This document shows, piece after piece, positions 52,362-61,452 of a stretch of 64,000 bases of DNA; the first letter of the stretch is position 1, and each line of letters opens with the position of its first letter. The notes under the pieces were generated by a model. That model was given only the letters and a program-made list of their open reading frames with translations, was not told where the DNA came from and did no database searches. The translations under genes were made by a program, and so were the position numbers. This stretch comes from Octopus vulgaris (Eukaryota): positions 112,344,001 to 112,408,000 of the forward strand of contig OX597817.1 of assembly GCA_951406725.2 (NCBI GenBank). The letters run 5' to 3'.

Positions 52362-55300
52362 AATTTCTTGTACTTTTAAAATATTTAAACAAAACAATAT
52401 ATTATCAGAGTTATCTACTTTAGAAAGCATAAACAGATTTACAATTATAAGCATTTCTTGTAAACCTATTTTCAAACCAACATTTCTATAAATCAATATT
52501 AAGTTCAGATTTTTTAAAATTATAAAAGAAGGGGAAAAAAATCTCTTTCAAATACTCCCCTATAGGAATATAACTCTTAAACACTGACAGAAGCATTTCA
52601 GAAACAGCTATGCTGACAATCTTCATGAATCAGTTTTCTAAAATGTTGCTATCTCTAATGACATATGGGCCTATTCTCAATTTTACTGGTTTTCAAATTT
52701 ATTATTTTTATGAAAATCATTACAAAATGATTTTAAAAATCATGAGAAAGGAATCTCAGAAAAGACAAAAAAAATCATTATTGATATTGACAAATAAATT
52801 AGCAAGTATATATTAGTGACAGAGGCAGTATTAAAACTAAGAGGTAATATTTGTCCCCACTTAAATGTGCATGTTCTGACAGAATAAACTTTACTGTGAT
52901 AGTTACTATGAGAGAAGCTCCCATATTGGCTTTTGGTGCAAAATATACACTTGTTTATATTGCCAGTGATATAAACAAGTGTGCATTTTGTACTGAAAGC
53001 CATTGTAAGAGTTTCTCTCTTGGACCACAGTATAGCTTGTCCCAATAGAACAGCCACATGTGAAGATAAATAAATTAGCATATTATGGCTTTACAATTTT
53101 ATCAAAAAAAACCTTGATTATAACAGAAACAAAGTTTCGTTTTTACCAACAAACATTTTGAAATTAATACTTAATCAAGAAAGTTTATAAGTGTTAATGG
53201 ACTATAAAATATTTTTATTTTAGATATCTATGGGATTCGTGAGCAACTTAATTGTACTTCCGGTGAACTTAATAATCGTAACTTTGTTCCGTAAATCAAA
53301 ACCCCGAAAGGAAAAACCATCCCGAATAGAGCAAGCCTTAAAAGAAAGTAATGAAACACCCACAGTAACATCAGTAAATGATGTTCAACCTCTTGTAATG
53401 ACTGGTTGGGATGACATGTCCAGAAGTCAAGCAAATCTAATTGGTTCAGATAAAGGTCAGTGTAGTCATATTCTGTTGTTAATAATATTGCTTTATAAGG
53501 TGGTGAGCAAGGAGAATCATTAGCACACCAGGCAAAATGCTTAGCAGCATTTCGTCTGTCTTTACATTTTGAATTCAAATTCTGTCAAGGTCAACATTGC
53601 TTTTCATCCTTTTGGGGTTGATAAAATAAGTACCAGTTGAGCACTGGGGTCGATATAATTGACTTATTCCCTCCTCTGAAATTGCTGGCTCAGTGCCAAA
53701 ATTTTAAACCAATAATATTGCTTTATAATAATTCTCCCTATGCACAAAGCCAGTATTTCTAAGAGAAGGGTCAAATCAACTGACTACAATATATTACTGG
53801 TGCTAATTTTATTGATAGTGGAATGATTTGAAATTTTATTGAATGATACTGGGACTAATTTTATCAATATTGGAATAATTTGAAATCAGAAACACAAAAG
53901 AAAAGTCTATAAGCCAGAAGGTAGCTACCATTTAGTGAATGAAACAGACTATGTTATCACCACTGTAACTTCATCAGGAGATGTGAGCTCAAAGAAGGAA
54001 CAAAAATAGCTGATAACACTTACTCAACTTTACAGTTTGATGCAGAAAAGAAATATATACTGAGATTAATTAAATTGAATCTAAGAAATCTGATCAAATA
54101 CTGATAATTATGTTGTTATTGATATTGGTTATTCCAGTTTGATGCACTTCTTTGTAATTGCTTTAGATTTGAGCCGACCAGGAACATCTATGTCAAGACC
54201 AAATACTCCAGCAGTTCGGAAAAAAGCAGGTGGCAATGATGACAAGAAAAATAAAAAGAAGTTCATGTTTCCTTGGTGGTGTCGAATCATCTCTTGGATT
54301 CTTTTGTGGCTCACAGTTGCTGGCAGTTGCGCTGGTGTCACATTTTATGGAATCACTTTCGGAAATGAGAAATGTACCAAATGGATATCATCCATGTTGA
54401 TATCTTTCTTCTCTTCAGTATTCATTACAGAACCAATAAAAGTAAGTAAAGTACAATAAAGACTATGTAGCCTGCTTAGAAAAATCACTTGGCTCAAATG
54501 GAGGAGCTCTATGTGGTTGCTAGACGTGCTAGAAAAGGTAGCCAAATTTCTTGCAAATTATAGATATCCTTGTAAGGAATAACACATTAGATAATATATT
54601 CTTTGATAATAGATTCAAGCATAACCTGTCTGTCAATTAAAAAAAAAATAGATGGAATTTTTATACTTGAATGTCTCTGATCACATGTCTACTTGATTAT
54701 GGCTGACTTGATGTTAAACAGTATCCCCAAAAGCATTAAATTTTCTGTTCTATCCTTCATACTTATTAGATTTTGAGGGCCATTCAAGAAAAAAAAAGTG
54801 TTTATTTATTCAAGAAAAGAAAAATTAACAAAAATCTAGTTTCAATGGCAACTAAACCAGATATTCAAATAACTTGATTAAATTTTAGAATTTTGAATTG
54901 CTATAGACTTTCAAATAAATCAAAACAAACAAACTTATTTAATGAAATTATAAAAATTGATCAGTCTTATTGTACTGGTCCAGTCAAGTACCAATCATGT
55001 ACTGTTCTGGTCTCAGGTCAACTCTGATTAGGCAGGCATAATGTTTCTCTTGCTAAATTTTCTCATGTGTCCTTTTGTTAATGTGGCAGGATATGATGTG
55101 AAGATAAGTTGGTTATTAAACATAGCATGTTGAGTAACTGTGAAGAGGTCTCTTCATTGGCTCAAACTGATGAGTATAGATTAATTATCAGGGAAATAAA
55201 AGATAGAAGTGATCCAGAATAAAGCAGATGTAATTCTAAGTTCTATTAAGATCTGTCTTTGGCAATGTTTGTTAAAAACATTCTTTTCTCACATTATAAT

Positions 55301-58300
55301 CTTTAAAATTATAATACACTCAGGTCTTTGGCATGGCAATTCTGTTGTCATTAATCTTGAAAAAACCTGCTGAAGAAGAGGAAGAAGGAGAAGATGAAAC
55401 ACTAGAAATGGGAGAAGATGAGGAATTTTTGCATTCAGCAAATGGTAAACAACTTGTTTTAATATTACTGTGTACACTTCCAGAGTATATTACTGTGTTT
55501 ATACCAAATCTTTTCAATACTGCATAAATTATCTGAACGGCAGAAACCAGAAAACATTTTAAAAAACTGAAAACAGAATTAGTACAGTATTCAGGAAAAT
55601 TTCTAAATAGTCACGATGTGAATGCTTGCACTGTGATTCCCACTTTCTATATGAAAATTAGTCCATAGTTTCATAGACACTTCTTTTTACAAATAAAATA
55701 AAATTTTACTGCTTTGATGAGTCTTAAGTATGAGTCCCTAGATGCAGTATAGCAAGGCATGAACATCGAACAATCACACCTTTAACCCTTTAGCATTTAA
55801 ACCAGCCATATCTGGCCAGAATATTCGACCTGTTTTATGTTCAAACTAGTCAGATCTAGCCTCTCACACCAACCCTACAATATCATTCCAAAAATTAACA
55901 GTTACCTCATCAAAATCTCAAAGCTACAAAATAAAGCAAGACTAATTCAAAACAATGTAAATAAATAAGCATTACTTTTGACAGAATAATGTGAATGCTA
56001 AAAGGTTAACTGACTGCTCAGTACTTTAGAGATGTGGCCATTCCTAACTGTCAATGTATGCTTGTTTGCTTCACTTCTCAACTCCTAATGAAGCAGAAAA
56101 GATACTGTCATGGAATGCCATGCATAAGTTTTCCCCACCTGTTACAGCCATGTGCCAGATCTTGGGTTTCTGAAAATCATTTACCTATGATTATTTTACT
56201 TTGACTGCCTCTTTTTTTTTCTCTCTCCACAACTCCTTGAAGAGTTGTCTTTGCAAGGTTACTAGGCCTTGTTACACAGCCATACCATTTCAGCTTCCTT
56301 TTCACCTAGTTATGATAAGTTTTCATGCTAACCAATGTAATGCTGCGTGGTTTCATGGACCTGCTTGGTGGTTCAAGTAGGAGATGCCTAAAATATTGTA
56401 ATAACATCTTGTTTCTAGTGATTGTATCTTCTTTCTCTGTATCACTTTTGTATCTTGGTGATAGCCCATGTCTCACATTCAAGATGGAGAGGACCAGTGC
56501 ACAAAGTGTCCAACCATACTCTTTATGGTGATGTTTCTATCTCTCTATATTGTCCTGAGTTTGGTTAGAGCAATTCTTTATACAATTCTTCAATGTGGTT
56601 ACCATCATAGTTTGTTATGTGTGTGTGTGAGGGGGGTTGCTTACACATATGCTGCTGTATTGTTGAAGGACTGCCTGCAGGCAGCGAGCCTACATAACAT
56701 CAGTTGACATTGATGGACTGGTCGATTAAGAACCCCACATCTTTTACATGGCTGTTTTCCTCTCCACTGAAATAGAGTACGTGACACCTGTTTGCATTTC
56801 TTCAGTGTGTTTCCATCTAGTTTCAATGAACTCAAAACAGTACCAGATGTACTTCTGCATCTAATGCGTGAGTTCTTTCTGTTTTTTAATTTTTCAGCAT
56901 ACTAACATTCTATGCTGCTTTTGTAATATTCTGTCCACCATGGATCTTTTTTGGTGACTCATGTATTACATCAGTGCTGGTGACAGAATGATTGGATGTT
57001 CATTTTTAATGTGTTGTAAGTGTTCCTATAAAGGAGTTATAACTCAATTTGGCCATCATAGAGCAGGTCTTGGGTATATAAATACTTGGTGATGCCTATC
57101 CTACTCCAGATCTATCTGCAGCTGATTTTTTCCAATTCGGCTGTTTCATTTTGTTTGGAGACTTTTTCTCCTATGACTGGTGACTTTGTCATGGAAGTTA
57201 ATCATCCATTGCTGATGTGCAAACACAACCATTTTGTTAGTGAGCTGAAGCAATATACTGGGTAATGGTGCTCGGGCCCACACACGAAAGATTTAGGAGA
57301 TGGATGTAAACCAGTGATGTCTGTCCATCCTGTGAATTAAAGAGCAACATACCAGTTACCAGTCATCAGAGGTATTACCACTATCCAGAAACTCCCAGTT
57401 CCCTCATTTTTGTTGTTTGTTCCTTCTCGAGCCATGCCTGACTCATACGGGCCGGTTTCCCGGTTTCTTTGGCATATAGGTTCCCCACCTGGACGGGGCG
57501 CCGGTCCGTCACAGGTAAGCTGCAAGATGCAGGAGGAAACAGTGAGAGGAAGTTGTGGTGAAAGAGTCAGCAGAAGTTCGCCATTACCTTCTGCTGGAGC
57601 CGTGTGGAGCTTAGGTGTTTTGCTCATAAATACACACCATCGCCCAGTCTGAGATTTGAACCCATGATCCCTCGACCGCGAGTCCGCTGCTCTAACCACT
57701 AGGCCATGTGCCTCCACAGCTCCCTCATTTGCACACTGTAAACAGAATATTTACCAACTATAGCCAGCTGCTTACAGTAATAGAAAATATGTACCACTTT
57801 TAGAGGAAAGCATAACATAAAATGTTATTAGAATAAAATTTCAAAAAAGGTTAATCAACTATAATAAATAATATACATTTTTTGTTTGTTTGCTATGTTA
57901 ATGTTTTAGTAAATAAAACACTAGATAATAAAAAATTATAATAAAGGAAAGAAAAAATAAGTTGTCACTTTTTGTTAGTTGATAACATTTAGCAATGCTG
58001 CTTATTATTTGCATTAATTATAGAAATTTCTGACTAGAAAATAATTTCAGTAGGATATAATGGAGATGCCTATCAAAATGTATTTGGAGAGTAGAATAGA
58101 GGTAATGTTTTGCTACAACATGTAAATAAATGTATTTTATAACTTACTGCCCACGTTAGAAATTTTACATGTCACGAGACATTAGCTGCTTTATTTGGCA
58201 TAAACAAATTTTGATAAACAGCTATTACAAAAATGTCAGAAGAATGATTTGAAGCACTGAGACATAATGTGTATGCATTATGTATACAAAATACAACCAG

Positions 58301-61300
58301 TGGAGCTTTAACAATTGTGAGGCTTATTGTGCCCATATGGTGTGAAAATCCAAAATTGCTGCGAATGAAGTAAAGTAAATTAAAGCCTTGAATATTTGTT
58401 ATTTTCTTTTTAATTTACAAATCATAAATAATGGGGATAATTTTGACTGTACACATATATATCTCCAGGTCCACCCTGAACTAGCAGACCAAGGGTTAAA
58501 GATTTCTTTTTGTTGGGGGTGTATCTAGGTGACCTTTCTCTTATTAAAGATAAAGATTAGTAATTTGGGAGTTTTTGATTATTATTTCTAGCTAGTCAGT
58601 CAATCATGTGGAGGATCTCTTGTTGGTGAATATAGTTGGTTTTTATATGGATTTATCTTATTTCATTATCATTTTGAGGATTAAGGCAGTGAACTGGCAG
58701 AGTGGTTAGCATGCTGGATGAAACGCTTAGTGGTATTTTACCCGTTGCTACGTTCTGAGTTCAAATTCTGTCGAAGTTGACTTTGCCTTTCATCCTTTTG
58801 GGTTTGATAAAATAAGTACCAGTTGAACACTGGGGTCAATGTAATCGATCATCCCCATCTCCCTCAAGCTGCCCTTGTGGCAAAAATTTGAAATAATTAC
58901 ACTGGTCAACAAAATTAAATGTATTATACTTATTAGGAATGCAAACCAACCTTTTTAGACTAATTTTTCATGCTGCTTTCAAACTTTCACTCCATTTGTA
59001 TGCAGCACATATCAGATTTTCAGTAGATATATGCAAATATTTACAAACTTGTATATATGAAGTCATTAACGGAATAAATAAGGAGACATTTTTTTAACGT
59101 AAATAAGTTTATTGAGTTAAAAATCATCACTATCATTCTACAAAGAGTGAATACACAAAATAAATGAGTTTTATTTTTTTTTTTCTTTAGTCAGCCTGGG
59201 GCTACAACAGAAAACACATGGTGTTTCACAGAGGGCTGAGGTGACAATTCTTCAGGTGATTATCTGGAGATAGTTCAGGTGATCTGTCTTATCATTGAGG
59301 CTTTAATATAAGTAAACTATCTGAAGAGACTAGGATGAAAGAGAAAATTGACCTAGGCAAGGTTTGAACTCAGAACATAAAAAAGCCAGAACAAATGCTG
59401 CAATATATTTTGGTGACTGCTCTAATAATTCAGCCATTCCAGGCAGCATGCTTAGACTTGTTTAGTCTGTGTGTGTTATCATACAATTTTAAGATCCAAC
59501 AGTACAGACCAAAATAAACCTCAAATTCTAATGACACCTGAATTTTAGTGAGCAAAATTTGCTCTGTACTACAATGACTTTTTCCACCATGGTTCCAGTT
59601 GTTTTAAGGACAAGGGGTCTGAAACAAATCTATTCCCAAGTACAAAAGTAGAGTCCACTTCTGAAAACTTACCATCTTCATGATGAAAGAGTGCTTTGAT
59701 ATGTTTGATGCAAAGTATGGAATTCTACTATTGTATAGTGTAATCTTTAGAAATGTTTTGTGAGGTATTTTGTAACTATGCTAAGAGGAGCTTACATGTG
59801 TTATAAGAGTATGTTAGAGGTAGGTTGCAAGTGAAAATGAACTTCGTTCATCCATGCAAAAGCCCCACAACCAGGTGAAAAATCATACATTTATAAATTT
59901 AACTTATAATTGGAGCTGTTGTGATATGAAAGACTGTTTGTGTGGATAAGAAGAAAATAAATATAAATTTGTATACATACAGAAGTTTAGGAATGTGATT
60001 TTGCACAAGTACAACAGTTACAAAAATATGGAAATAAAAGTAATATTTCCAAAGACATGTTCCTGTTTTATATAACTATTGTGTGTGCATATGTGGTGGG
60101 GATGTATTATATCTCACATGTACACACTTGTAAGGGTAGGAAATAGTTAAAAAAATTTTGGTGACTAAAAGAAAAAATTGCTTAAAAGTATCTAAAAATA
60201 TTGTTGATTTGTCATTAACCCTTTTTGTTTATTATTTTATTAAGCTTTAGGTATCTACAAAACTAGTTATTAATTCGGGTGTGTTTTAAGTGGATGAGAC
60301 ACAAATCTGCCCCTGAATAAGATGCCTATTAATTTGATATAGCATTCCCGGTTTAGCAATCTTTTAATAAAATAATTTGCTGACAAATTATTGTGTGAAA
60401 CAAAGAGTGATAACAAGAAACATAAAGAAAAACTTGCAATGAAGTTTATCTCACGAACAGATGACAGATCAAAATAAATATAGACTCAGTAAATTTGTCT
60501 TAATTTTCAAGTTAATAATCGCGAAAATTACACATCATTTAAGAAAAACATTATTAAAAGGCATAGTGTCAAGCAAAAATAGTGAAAGCCATTGAATGAT
60601 CAAGAAGACAGATAAGCATAATTTGGTACATTGCGTTAACATTTCTGATTTTTCTGCTGCAGGGTTTGGTGCTGCAAAACCAAAGAAGACTGCTTATAAA
60701 CCACCAGACCAAGAAGCCCTTGGAAAGATGCGAGAACAACGTCTGAAAGAGATCAAGATGTGGGAAGTTATTAAGGAAATTATATTCTATGCTTTCTTCT
60801 TGTGGATTCTTATGGTAATTAGTTACCGTAACAGAAGTCCTTGGGCATATAGAACTAAATATGCTTTGGAGAATATCCTTGTCCATACTGGTAATGATTT
60901 TAGTGAAGTAAGTAAAATATTTGGTAATTCAACAATTCAAAATCTTCTCATTGGAAATTCTTTTATTCTTTTACTCTTTTGCTTGTTTCAGTCATTTGGC
61001 TGTAGCCATGTTAGAGCACTGGCTTGATATACATACATATATATATATATATACATATCTATATATATCTATAGATATATATATATATATATATATCTAT
61101 ATATATCTATATCTATATATATATCTATATATAATACAAAATGGAAAATGAAAACACAAATCCTAGGCAGTCAACCAAATTCCTAAATGCATAAATGAAG
61201 ATATTCAATCAATGTAATTGAATCATATTACATTGATTGAATATTTTCAATTATGCATTCAGGAATTTGGTTGACTACTTAGGATTTGCGTTTTCATTTT

Positions 61301-61387
61301 CCTCTACTTTGTATTATTTTGCATTGGCTCTCTATGAGCACTCCATAAATAGCCCATACCTTCTATAACATACTTAATATATATGTA

Positions 61388-61452
<65 letters not shown>

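Noticed and set aside
59215-59262. CUGAAGA...GAAA-CACCAUGUG-UU hammerhead-like motif on the minus strand
   Set aside because: Helices I and II do not pair convincingly.
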